Below are positions 48,208 to 57,842 of a stretch of DNA of 64,000 nt, piece by piece (positions within the stretch are counted from its first letter, which is position 1; each line of letters starts with the position of its first letter). Under the pieces are notes generated by a model. That model had not been told where the DNA came from and did not search any database. It saw only the letters and a program-made list of their open reading frames with translations. The stretch spans positions 128,001 through 192,000 of IMG/VR virus record IMGVR_UViG_3300050142_000050; one strand, written 5' to 3'. This DNA is from a virus (taxonomy: Duplodnaviria > Caudoviricetes). Made by a program: the position numbers and the translations under genes.

Positions 48208-49083
48208 ATGGACAGTCTTAGCACTCATCTCTTCGACGAAGCTCTCCAGCAGCTGACCTATATCGAATTGACCAAAAATGGTCACATCGATCCGATGTTG
48301 GTGAAGTTCGTCCTCCATGATCAGTCGGTGCGAGACAGACTGGGGATCGAGTCTTTGGAATCCGATGGGGATATCCAGAAGGCTCATCTCCAGATCATGT
48401 CATCCATCGATCCAGCTCATACAGCAGAGGCTGCCCTGGAAGGCATCCTCGACTTCATTGTCAATGTAGCAGAGACGGTAGCTGACTATTCCACCAATAT
48501 CCCAACTAAGGTAGGACAGGCTATTACTGGCAGTGCACTCTTAGTGCGATTCGGTGCAACGTGGGCCGGTGGATATGTGATCAAGCACGATGTCTTTATG
48601 GACATGATCAAGACCACTCGCACGCTACTCGAATATGACGAGTATGTGGTCAAGCATTTCCCTGATCCGTCAGATGCGGATGCAGTGGAAGAATTCATGT
48701 ATGAGATGGGTGAAGAGACCAACCGCGGTCGGTTCTCAGTAGCTGAGACCCACATCAAGTTTCTCTTCAACTACAAAGATGTAGTGTCAGCTCCCACCTC
48801 TGGTTGGACTGTCGCCAATATCGAACAAGCTCATCATGAGATCGATAAGCTATATAAGCAGCTGAGAGACTCTGCAAAGCGTTATGAATTTCGCTTGGAT
48901 ACACTGCGCACATTCATCCGCAAACATGAGAAGGATCGTACTTACAAGAAGACGATCTCGAACATCAAGCGTGTCATCGATAATGGTCTCAAAGGTTTCG
49001 TTCTCTCATCGCGGGCAATCAAATACCTCGATAAGAAATTCGCAGCTGTGCTCAAGAAGTCTCAGGTCGTACCACACGACTGA
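48208..49083 (+). CDS. Processed head/ejection protein, paralog 3
   Basis: GIESLES and ALEG sites, PTSGWTVANI. Confidence 0.65.
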   Translation: MDSLSTHLFDEALQQLTYIELTKNGHIDPMLVKFVLHDQSVRDRLGIESLESDGDIQKAHLQIMSSIDPAHTAEAALEGILDFIVNVAETVADYSTNIPTKVGQAITGSALLVRFGATWAGGYVIKHDVFMDMIKTTRTLLEYDEYVVKHFPDPSDADAVEEFMYEMGEETNRGRFSVAETHIKFLFNYKDVVSAPTSGWTVANIEQAHHEIDKLYKQLRDSAKRYEFRLDTLRTFIRKHEKDRTYKKTISNIKRVIDNGLKGFVLSSRAIKYLDKKFAAVLKKSQVVPHD

Positions 49084-49161
49084 TTTTTTGAAGAAATATC
49101 AACCTGGTAGATGGTAAGTTTACTTCCACTATCCATATGTGTACACTAGGAAGGACATGAC

Positions 49162-49980
49162 ATGTCACATGCAAAGTTGTTTGAAGAAGCCTCGCAGGCG
49201 CGTTGTTTGCATCAGCTGGCCGCCAAGGGCCCTCTGTCGAACGATCTGATCGCGTTCCTGAATCACGATGGTAAGCTACTGTCGGATATGGGCATCACGG
49301 GGGTGGCTGTCGAAGATCTCGGTACGGCCACGGTTCAGGTCAAGCTTTTGAGCGCGCTTGACCCCGACTACATGGAAAACATCGCAACTGAAGGTTTCCG
49401 CGACTTCATCAAGAAGTACCGCAAAGCGCTCATGATTGCCGGCATCTTCCTCCCCTTCGTTTTCTGGGCCGGTTTTGCTGGTTGGGTCATCAAGCGCAAG
49501 GATGACAAGGTACCCTGCGTCACTCGCAAGGAGTTTGACACCGCCCGCGCTGCCTACGAAAAGGCTGCTCGAGAGTTCGAGACCTTGTTCAACAGCATTC
49601 CTCACGACTTCCAGAAAGCATCGTGGGAAAAGTTCTCGGCGCAAGTCGGAGAAATGAGCAAGCAAGACCTCGAAGGCGAGCTCGATACTCAGCCGTTCGC
49701 ACAGTCCGGATGGAACGAATCGAATTTCAACTCGGCGGTCGACTATCTCGATGCGCAGGTCAAGCACTGCGAAGAGGCTCAGAAGAAGCTCGCTGCGAAA
49801 CTGGCAGGAGTGGAACGCTATTCGGCCGACCCGAGGGCCGACAAAGCAGTACTCGCTCTGATTTCGCGCGCAACCGGATCACAGTCCGGTCTGTTCGGTG
49901 AGGTATCGAAACAGCTGAAGCGCCTCCTGCGCATCGGTAAGGCTGTATCGCGTCACTTCAGTCCCAAGAAGGACAAGTGA
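49162..49980 (+). CDS. Processed head/ejection protein, paralog 4
   Basis: AVED and ATEG sites, TM-like LMIAGIFLPFVFWAGFAGWV, AQSGWNESNF. Confidence 0.65.
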   Translation: MSHAKLFEEASQARCLHQLAAKGPLSNDLIAFLNHDGKLLSDMGITGVAVEDLGTATVQVKLLSALDPDYMENIATEGFRDFIKKYRKALMIAGIFLPFVFWAGFAGWVIKRKDDKVPCVTRKEFDTARAAYEKAAREFETLFNSIPHDFQKASWEKFSAQVGEMSKQDLEGELDTQPFAQSGWNESNFNSAVDYLDAQVKHCEEAQKKLAAKLAGVERYSADPRADKAVLALISRATGSQSGLFGEVSKQLKRLLRIGKAVSRHFSPKKDK

Positions 49981-50120
49981 TTTCGGGTCGTACGGTTTAA
50001 GAGGTCCGAAGAGGGACATGGGAAAACTTAGGAGTAGGGGGTCACTCCCCTACTCCTCTTTCTCCTTATACCTATGAGGTCCTCCCTGGAGGCTACTGAA
50101 GGACAGTTCTAGGAGCTCTT

Positions 50121-50885
50121 ATGTCGAGTCCATATACCAACCCAGTGACGACCATCACTGACATCTCCAAGTATTTCGAAAAGGACGAGACTAAGTTCTC
50201 CATGAAGTTCATTGGTGAAACCCTAGAACTGAGAATACCTCGTCGTTTTGGTACGCATGGATTCCTGGAGATCGGTGACAGTGTCACCACCATCGGATCG
50301 ATGGACATGATCTTCGATGGTAAATATCGCGCAGGTCTTAACATCCTAGCAGCGATCACTATCGAACCTACCGATATCGGTTCCATGACCTACAATGGTG
50401 TCGAGTATGTAGTGCTCCACCTCAAGACTGGCGACACTTTCATGACGTCCTATCGCGTCATCCAGAATCAGCGTGTGGTCTACGCTCTGTGGAAGGAATA
50501 CATCGAGTCGGGTAATGTACCCTACCACTATACCTACAACGACCTCCTCAAGCTATTCGATACAGCTAAGGAGATCACCGGTGCAGGTATCGGTGTGTCT
50601 CGCTCTGTATGGAGCGGTATCATCGCTCACTTGGCTCGAGACTCCGACAGCGTGACTGTACCCTATCGGCGTACGCCCATGGATAAACCCATGATGTTTG
50701 TCCCTCTCAACTCTATCTCCCTGGCTCCCAGTGGTACTGTGGCACGTATCAACGGTTCCTATTTCAGGGATCGTGGTACCGTGTCTGCACTCCTCCATGA
50801 AGTGACAGAAAAGCAGCCATTCGAAGATGTGCTGCGTGGTCTCCCACCGAGAGATGTGGGGAAAGGTCATGAGCCGATACTTTGA
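50121..50885 (+). CDS. Conserved phiKZ-like protein next to the prohead protease (gp176-like, possibly an RNAP-associated fragment)
   Basis: VPYHYTYNDL..LF...GI.AHLARD...YR...INGSYF pattern. Functional link is weak inference. Confidence 0.5.
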   Translation: MSSPYTNPVTTITDISKYFEKDETKFSMKFIGETLELRIPRRFGTHGFLEIGDSVTTIGSMDMIFDGKYRAGLNILAAITIEPTDIGSMTYNGVEYVVLHLKTGDTFMTSYRVIQNQRVVYALWKEYIESGNVPYHYTYNDLLKLFDTAKEITGAGIGVSRSVWSGIIAHLARDSDSVTVPYRRTPMDKPMMFVPLNSISLAPSGTVARINGSYFRDRGTVSALLHEVTEKQPFEDVLRGLPPRDVGKGHEPIL

Positions 50886-51147
50886 CGTCATCAAAGCCTG
50901 GTACTCCTTGCGGAGGTTATCACGAGAAGATTCCTTATGGACCCCTGTCTACCAGGAATATACTTCACTCGTGATCAGTACGATCTGCCTCTTAGGAGAC
51001 AGGCTTATGATGGATATATTCGCCATCGCCTACTATTTGTCTGTCATGGTTATCTTAGCTAACCTAGTACAGATAGACCACAGTTCATTAGTGAGTCTTT
51101 GTAGGCGGTATCTTTTATTTTTGGTGGACAAGGATAGGTCGCCATGA
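50869..51147 (+). CDS. Possible small membrane protein (92 aa)
   Basis: SD GAAAGG, hydrophobic segments. Fills the gap and overlaps both neighbours. Confidence 0.35.
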   Translation: MSRYFDVIKAWYSLRRLSREDSLWTPVYQEYTSLVISTICLLGDRLMMDIFAIAYYLSVMVILANLVQIDHSSLVSLCRRYLLFLVDKDRSP

Positions 51148-51992
51148 CTTCTACCATGCCTAAAAATATCCAGTTTCGTATGGAAACCCTGTTCACGGGT
51201 AAGAATGGTCGTGTCGGTGTGATCAAGCCCGATTCGAATGGTATCTACAAGGGCTTGCCCATGATGGTACTCAACCAGACGACCCAACAGAAGACCTATT
51301 ACGAACCTGAGTCGATGATGAAAGCCATCACCAACCCTGAGGGTACCTTCTATAAGAACTATGTGGCCCACAAGGCCTATGGTGAGTTAGGTCACCCTCG
51401 CTTCACGGGTATGGATAAGGATGCCGCACTGGCTCGTCTCATGGACGTCCAGGAAGCACGTGCATCCCACCTGTTCACAGGGATCTATACCGATGCTCCT
51501 GCATCGGATGGTACTATCGTCCTACGAGCAGATATCAAGCCAGCTGGTGAGAAAGGTGCTACTCTCAAGGAAAGCCTGGATGATCCCATCCAGAATACAG
51601 CTTTCTCACTGCGAGCATTCGTGTCGGGTCAGATGCTCCCCGATGGTCGTACCTTCCGTACCGTCCATGCTTTCACCACATTCGATGCAGTCCTGGCTTC
51701 TGGCTATGCGACGACGGATAAGTTCCATGCCATCGGCCTGGAATCGATGGGTAATGGGGTTGACGATTTCCATGAATATGAGATCGACATCACCTCGGAT
51801 GGTAAGCTCCTGATCGATGCCGTGGCATTGGAGTCTTTGGCTGATAGTGAATTGGCTGAGATTTTGGGCACCAATACTGTCGGGCGAGTGGTGCGCACGC
51901 GCACTCTGATCGATCCCGACTCGGGCCTACTGGCTCGTCATGGTGATCGGTATGCTCGTTCGCTCTTCCACGATCACTTCAAAGGACTCTGA
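51144..51992 (+). CDS. Prohead maturation serine protease (phiKZ gp175-like)
   Basis: AYGELGHP (catalytic His), NTAFSLR (catalytic Ser), TFDAV. C-terminal GLES and ALES autocleavage motifs. Confidence 0.85.
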   Translation: MTSTMPKNIQFRMETLFTGKNGRVGVIKPDSNGIYKGLPMMVLNQTTQQKTYYEPESMMKAITNPEGTFYKNYVAHKAYGELGHPRFTGMDKDAALARLMDVQEARASHLFTGIYTDAPASDGTIVLRADIKPAGEKGATLKESLDDPIQNTAFSLRAFVSGQMLPDGRTFRTVHAFTTFDAVLASGYATTDKFHAIGLESMGNGVDDFHEYEIDITSDGKLLIDAVALESLADSELAEILGTNTVGRVVRTRTLIDPDSGLLARHGDRYARSLFHDHFKGL

Positions 51993-51994
51993 TC

Positions 51995-53128
51995 ATGGTA
52001 GCTATACCTCTACCCATCAGCGAATCGGAATTGGAGATCGAGACTCCTTATCTGATCGCTAACTCCTTTACCATCGTCTTGGAATATCTGAAGGGTCAAA
52101 CCCGAACGAAGACCAAGATGGGTGGACAGAAGGTATCCAACACCTTCGAATATCCTTACGGTCGTATCGAAGGTACCACCGATTCTCATGGTGAAGAACT
52201 CGACATCTTCCTGGTGTCGATCGATGCAGATCACCTCGATGTTTATGTCATCGATCAGATCTGTCCCGATACACGCCTCTTCGATGAGCACAAGATCATC
52301 CTGGGCGCTACGACGCAGGAAGAAGCAGTCGCCGCTTATCGCGCGTGCTACGGCGACGCCGTGCGTGTGAACCGCATCGGTGCGGTGACCACCTTCAGTC
52401 AGGAAGACTTCCGTATTTGGATCGATGCCAAATCGGTGACCTACTTCCCTGCCTCTCACTATACAGGTCCTAAGGGACCTTCTGTGGAAGTCACCAAGTT
52501 CTTCACCGATCGATCCAAGCTTCCTCAGATCACACCTTCGGGTGCATTTGAGATCAAGCTACCTGACATCTCCAAAGGTCCTCTGATCAAGACCTCTGCT
52601 ATCGAGGGTGGTATCAAATATACCGCTTACCTCTATTCGGAGTTCTCGATCCTGGAATGGACCAATGCGATCGATGATCTGGTCCTGGCCATGCATGATG
52701 CCACTGAGTTTGATGAGTTCCATATCCGACTCATCTCACGTGGTGGTGCTGTCCATCTCATGGGTCGTCTGATCTCGGCTATGGATACCACCAAGGCCCA
52801 CGTCGTCACCTATGCAGATGGGTGTGTGGCCTCAGCAGCCACAGGTACCTGGGTAGCAGGTCATGAACGTCACATCTGTGAGGGTGCATACTTCATGCAA
52901 CATATGTCCTCACAGGGTGCTTCTGGTAAGACCACGAGCATCTTGCGTCGTGCAGGCTTCACCAAGAAGTATGTCGACCGTATCCTCGACCGACTCGTGG
53001 AGCATGGACCCTTCAATGAGAAGGAAGTCGACGACATGCGCAATAGCGAGTGCGATAAGTTCCTGAGCGGTCGTACCGCCATCGAACGTATCGGTGCGGT
53101 TTCCTATACTCGCGAACGGAGGGTGTAA
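51995..53128 (+). CDS. InPase (inorganic pyrophosphatase-like) domain fused to a ClpP-like serine protease
   Basis: N-terminal YGRIEGT...LDIF...VYVIDQ...FDEHKIILG. C-terminal ISRGG, VASAAT, FMQH, DKFLS. Confidence 0.7.
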   Translation: MVAIPLPISESELEIETPYLIANSFTIVLEYLKGQTRTKTKMGGQKVSNTFEYPYGRIEGTTDSHGEELDIFLVSIDADHLDVYVIDQICPDTRLFDEHKIILGATTQEEAVAAYRACYGDAVRVNRIGAVTTFSQEDFRIWIDAKSVTYFPASHYTGPKGPSVEVTKFFTDRSKLPQITPSGAFEIKLPDISKGPLIKTSAIEGGIKYTAYLYSEFSILEWTNAIDDLVLAMHDATEFDEFHIRLISRGGAVHLMGRLISAMDTTKAHVVTYADGCVASAATGTWVAGHERHICEGAYFMQHMSSQGASGKTTSILRRAGFTKKYVDRILDRLVEHGPFNEKEVDDMRNSECDKFLSGRTAIERIGAVSYTRERRV

Positions 53129-53131
53129 CCC

Positions 53132-53800
53132 ATGGAGTTCCAAGAATATCGCAGGGATCTCCTCCCGGCCGAATCCTTCGCTATGGAGTCATTCAGTTTC
53201 ACTCCGAAGAATACCGATGGTCTGAAACAGACGCGCTCCATGGGCGATCTCCTACAGATGGTGGCTGAAGAAGAGAACCGGGTACCCAGTTACTTCAAGC
53301 CAGCCACTATCCTGGTCAAGGATGGCGTACATCACGTATCCATCTTCACTGGGTTCTCGATCGATGGGACATCTCTGTCTCAGCGTCTGTGTATCTTCTT
53401 CCAGGAGCTCACTGAGAAGGACGAAGTCCATCTCCGTCTCACCAGTCACCTGACCAATGTAGCCCCTGTGGCATACCTCTCGCTCATCGCAGCGATCGGT
53501 CGTTGTAAGGCGTCTGTCAAGATCTACCTCGACACTATCGTGGATGATGAACTCGCATACTTCTACCTGGCATGCCCTGAACTGGTCATCGGTAGCATGG
53601 GTGCGCTCATGATCCCCTCCTACTGTCAGCAGATACCCGAAGACATGAGTTCATCATGGCGTGAAGTATCTGACTTCTTCAAGTGGCTGGTCGAATTGGC
53701 GCAAGATCGTGGGCTCATCACCTCCGAACAAGCACAGACTCTCCACTCTGGTCAAGATGTCGAAGTCGACCTCGAAGCCTATATGGCTAAGACATTTTGA
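53132..53800 (+). CDS. Degenerate ClpP-fold protein, probably inactive
   Basis: Spacing of strands and helices parallels ClpP, but the Ser and His motifs are replaced (VDDELA, LMIPS). N-terminal AES and AMES sites. Confidence 0.45.
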   Translation: MEFQEYRRDLLPAESFAMESFSFTPKNTDGLKQTRSMGDLLQMVAEEENRVPSYFKPATILVKDGVHHVSIFTGFSIDGTSLSQRLCIFFQELTEKDEVHLRLTSHLTNVAPVAYLSLIAAIGRCKASVKIYLDTIVDDELAYFYLACPELVIGSMGALMIPSYCQQIPEDMSSSWREVSDFFKWLVELAQDRGLITSEQAQTLHSGQDVEVDLEAYMAKTF

Positions 53801-53861
53801 TAATGGTATGATGGGATCAGGGGAATTCCCCTGATCCCTCTCCCTATTTATCAGGTGAACT

Positions 53862-56477
53862 ATGGCTATCCTGTTTGAAAAAGATTGGCGTAATGCAGCT
53901 GGTAAGCTACGTGCTATACCCCATTACAACACCAAGAATGTCAGCTTCTTGCGTATGGCCCAACTTCTCAAGAAGATGGGTATCAAGAACTATGCGTTCC
54001 ATCTCTGTCTCTACGACAAGGATCTACTGAACGTCGATCCACATAGTCTGACAGAAGATACACCCGAAAATGAGATCCTGCGTCAGAAGGTCTGCAATGA
54101 AGCAGCGAGGAATCTTTGGTACTTCAAACGCGAAGTCCTCAAGATCTACTCACAGGGTGGCGATCCAGTACCCTACGAGTTGAACCGTGGTTCACTCTCC
54201 ATGACCTGGTGCTTCCTCAACGGCATCGACTACTGGTCCATGCAGCCGCGACAGGCACAGCCACTCGATGCTAAGATCCGTACACCGGACGGTCATATCA
54301 CCATGGGTGATGTGGCATACGGTACTCAGATCTTGGCTCCCGATGGTACGACAGTGCGAGTCGCTGGTGTCTACCCCCACGGCGCCAAACCGGTATACAA
54401 AGTAACCCTGTCGGACGGACGTTCCACTGAGTGTTGTAATGACCACCTATGGCGGGTGTACTGCTCATCGTGGAAAGAACCTTGGCGAGTATACTCACTC
54501 GAACAGATTCGCGCATCTCAGGATGAGATCCTTATCCCATTCTGGAATGGTACTGACTTCTCTAATCACTTGACAATAGATTCCATCGAATATGTCGGCG
54601 ATAAGGAAGTCCAATGCATCCATGTTGATCATCCCGATCATCTCTACATCACCGATGATGATATCGTCACTCACAATACAGGCAAGACCGTCGGAGCCTT
54701 GGCGATCACCACTTGGGTGATGTACATCGGTGCTAAGTCGTATACATTTGGTATGATGACTAAGGATGACACTCTGCGTACGGAAAACATTTCTCGTATC
54801 AAACGCATGCGAGAAACGCTTCCATCGTGGATGCTGGCACCCGATCGTTATGCCGATAAGAACAACTCCACCACTCTCTACTATGCTGCTCTGAAGAACA
54901 AGTATGAGACGATGGTGGGCCAGGCCGACGAAGCCAGCGCTGACAAGCAAGCACGTGGTTCGTCTCCTTCCGGTGTACATTTCGACGAAATTGCATTTAT
55001 CTCGCACATCAGAAAGTCCTACTCGGTGATTCTGTCATCGACCGACACTGCACGAGCAAATGCTAAAGCGAATGGTCAGCCTCACTCGAACATTATCACT
55101 ACCACTGCTGGCGATCCATCCAAGAGAGATGCTAAAGCAGCAGCTGAAATCCTCGATGGTGCAATGAACTTCACTGAGACATTGTACGATATCGAGGATA
55201 GTGAAAAGCTCCACATGGTGGTGAAGGCCAACTCTCCTAAGAAGATGATCAATGGTACCTTCTCCCACCTTCAGTTGGGGAGGACCAATGAGTGGCTCCG
55301 AGACATCATCACTCGCAACAACTTGTCAGCAGATGAAGTCTGTCGCGACTATCTCAATCGCTGGGTATCCGTCCAGGACAATCCCATCATCCCCAAAGAG
55401 ATCCTCAGCCGAATCACATCATCTCAGATCGACCCAGTGTGGACTGAGATCATCAGTGATAGATTCCTCATCAGGTGGTACGTACCGCAGAGTGTGGTGG
55501 AATCTCGTGATTTCAAGAACACACCTATCATCGTGGGATGTGACTCGTCAGAACTCATCAACAGGGACGCTACCACTCTCGTGGGGATCAATCCCAAGAC
55601 ACTGGAGGTGGTCTTCACCTATCGAGCAGTCGAGGGTAATATCAACACAGTAGCGACTTCGATCGCTAACTTCTTGATCCGCTATCCCAAGATGTTGTTC
55701 ATCCCAGAAAACAAAAGCTCTGGAACATCGATCATCGATATCGTGGGTGCTATGTTGACCCATGCAGGTCAGAATCCATTCAAGCGCATCTTCAACTGGG
55801 TCGTAGACCGCCGTAATGAGGCTGAGTTCGGAAGGATCAATATCAATGATCCATCGCTGTTGGAAACATCTGTCAAGCGATACTTCGGCATCAAGACGGA
55901 CAAGTCCAAGCGCGATGAGCTCTATAGCTCAGTCCTCATCAAAGCCACCTCTCGTGCAGGGCACCTCACTAAGGACGCAAGACTCGTCTCCGAACTCAGC
56001 TCCCTTGTGGAACGCAATGGACGAGTCGATCACGCAGCTGATGGTAAGGACGATACTGTCATCGCCTATTTGATGGCGATGTGGATCATCTTCTTCGGTA
56101 AGAACCTGGACGTATACGGGATCGAACCTGGTACGATCATGTCCTTTGCTTCTTATGGTAATTCTAACTCTGAAGAAGAGCAGAAGCGCCGTAAGCAAGA
56201 AGCCATCATCAAACATGCGACTGATCAAATCGAGAAGCTCTCTAATGCTCTCAAGAATCAATTCGATCTATCTGTGATCGAGATGATCAAGGGAGAGATC
56301 CGTAAGTATGAAGCCATGCTTCCTGAGTCTCGTTTTATCGAACCTGCTACCACTGATGAGATCATGCGCGATCCCTTCAAATTTGCCGATAGGAAGGCCG
56401 TGGAGGACAATCGTGGTATGTTCGGTACGATGGGGCAGAAGAGAGCAGAAAGCATCCTGACGGACTTACTAGGGTAA
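53862..56477 (+). CDS. terL: Terminase large subunit (phiKZ gp25-like) with an intein
   Basis: Walker A PRQ|TGKT split by the intein, Walker B VHFDEIAF, ITTTAG, nuclease VGCDSSE and GKDDTVIA. Confidence 0.92.
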   Translation: MAILFEKDWRNAAGKLRAIPHYNTKNVSFLRMAQLLKKMGIKNYAFHLCLYDKDLLNVDPHSLTEDTPENEILRQKVCNEAARNLWYFKREVLKIYSQGGDPVPYELNRGSLSMTWCFLNGIDYWSMQPRQAQPLDAKIRTPDGHITMGDVAYGTQILAPDGTTVRVAGVYPHGAKPVYKVTLSDGRSTECCNDHLWRVYCSSWKEPWRVYSLEQIRASQDEILIPFWNGTDFSNHLTIDSIEYVGDKEVQCIHVDHPDHLYITDDDIVTHNTGKTVGALAITTWVMYIGAKSYTFGMMTKDDTLRTENISRIKRMRETLPSWMLAPDRYADKNNSTTLYYAALKNKYETMVGQADEASADKQARGSSPSGVHFDEIAFISHIRKSYSVILSSTDTARANAKANGQPHSNIITTTAGDPSKRDAKAAAEILDGAMNFTETLYDIEDSEKLHMVVKANSPKKMINGTFSHLQLGRTNEWLRDIITRNNLSADEVCRDYLNRWVSVQDNPIIPKEILSRITSSQIDPVWTEIISDRFLIRWYVPQSVVESRDFKNTPIIVGCDSSELINRDATTLVGINPKTLEVVFTYRAVEGNINTVATSIANFLIRYPKMLFIPENKSSGTSIIDIVGAMLTHAGQNPFKRIFNWVVDRRNEAEFGRININDPSLLETSVKRYFGIKTDKSKRDELYSSVLIKATSRAGHLTKDARLVSELSSLVERNGRVDHAADGKDDTVIAYLMAMWIIFFGKNLDVYGIEPGTIMSFASYGNSNSEEEQKRRKQEAIIKHATDQIEKLSNALKNQFDLSVIEMIKGEIRKYEAMLPESRFIEPATTDEIMRDPFKFADRKAVEDNRGMFGTMGQKRAESILTDLLG
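54255..54677 (+). mobile_element. Class 3 mini-intein (141 aa) in terminase Walker A
   Basis: Starts AQPLD (Ala1), block B DHLW, block F VQCI, ends THN with +1 Thr. WCT triad present, no homing endonuclease. Confidence 0.88.
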
Positions 56478-56576
56478 ATTAGAGCATAGGGAGGGGATCA
56501 TCCCCTCCCTATGTATCTAGAGTTCGCTATTACTCCCCAATAGTGTGAGACAACTATCAGAAAATGAGATGACACG

Positions 56577-57821
56577 ATGACCGCTATTACGGAAGGTTTC
56601 GGTGCTCTTGGTATTAGCATCAACAACAACCACATCCTCAAGATGAAAGAACTCGTGGTACGGTTCACGATTCGTGGCTCTAACCCACTCACCCTCCATG
56701 GGAACACCCTGGGTGTCCACCCTATCGTTTTCAAGGACAGTGATCGAGATGCTCTCTTCGATATTTTCGGAGTGGACTATGCTCACTTCAAGAATACGAT
56801 CAAGGGTATCCACACAATCGACAAGACCCGCAATGTGCAGAGTGATCCTTTCAACCTCCTGTGCTTCTGGCTGATCTATCTGGCTCCCATCTTCATCAAG
56901 AACGAACGTATCCGTCACGGATTCATGATGGACGTGTTGCGTTACTTCAATTTCAAGATCTTCACTTCTGTGGTGAACAACTCATTCCCCCATGGCGCGA
57001 ATGAAGGGGTGATGGAAGCCACGGTGATGAGCCTCAACAAGAAGTGGGATATCATCAAGTATAAAACATGGTCTGGTCTTATCGAATCTCACTGTGAGAA
57101 GTTCCTCGATCAACACGATCGTCGTCTCAGTACACCTGTGTTTGAACTCTCATCCGATGAGAAGTTCCTCAATGTGGTGGCTGAGATGCAAGGTATGCTT
57201 CGTCAGAAGATCGTGACCTTCGCTCAGAACTATTATGCTACCCATGCCGAGGGTACTTCTCTCAAATCCAAGTCATCTGTGGGTACCGGTGAAGACGGTG
57301 AGAAGATCGTAGCTCAACAAGCATCGGTCATCGAGTCGGCATCGGCTGCTATGATCAGTGAGCTCCTGAACCTCTCTATGTTCATCAACGATTCGAGGAT
57401 CGATGATGTTTCGAGGCAGGTATCATCGATATCCTCCAGGATGCTCAAATCAGCCCTCATGGAGCTCAATCGCATCGCGGTGATACAAGCCTCCTCCAAG
57501 AAGTTCGACCTCACTGAGAAGGCTCCTGTGGGCATCAATTACATCGGTGTCCGTGTACTGCTCCTAGTTATCATCAAAACCATGTTGAGACACTGTCAGC
57601 AGAAGAAGGTGAACCCTGCTAACCACGCAGCTGTATTCTCCACCATGCAGGCAGCATATACCTCATCGCGTATCATGGATCAGGATATCGCCGACATCAA
57701 ACGATCAGTGGGTCTCATCATCGACCACCTGGGTATTACCTCGAATGAGGCCTCCAAGGCGTCACTGCGCCTCGGTGTGATTTATTACATCATCTACCGT
57801 ACTCTGGAGAAGATGAAATAA
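56577..57821 (+). CDS. Conserved phiKZ-like hypothetical protein (414 aa)
   Basis: Long helical ORF after the terminase gene. SDPFNL and W.I.KY.TW patterns. Confidence 0.7.
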   Translation: MTAITEGFGALGISINNNHILKMKELVVRFTIRGSNPLTLHGNTLGVHPIVFKDSDRDALFDIFGVDYAHFKNTIKGIHTIDKTRNVQSDPFNLLCFWLIYLAPIFIKNERIRHGFMMDVLRYFNFKIFTSVVNNSFPHGANEGVMEATVMSLNKKWDIIKYKTWSGLIESHCEKFLDQHDRRLSTPVFELSSDEKFLNVVAEMQGMLRQKIVTFAQNYYATHAEGTSLKSKSSVGTGEDGEKIVAQQASVIESASAAMISELLNLSMFINDSRIDDVSRQVSSISSRMLKSALMELNRIAVIQASSKKFDLTEKAPVGINYIGVRVLLLVIIKTMLRHCQQKKVNPANHAAVFSTMQAAYTSSRIMDQDIADIKRSVGLIIDHLGITSNEASKASLRLGVIYYIIYRTLEKMK

Positions 57822-57842
57822 TAAATCACCAGAACTCATGGT

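Noticed and set aside
54255-54677. Homing endonuclease inside the intein
   Set aside because: Only 141 aa with no LAGLIDADG or HNH motif.
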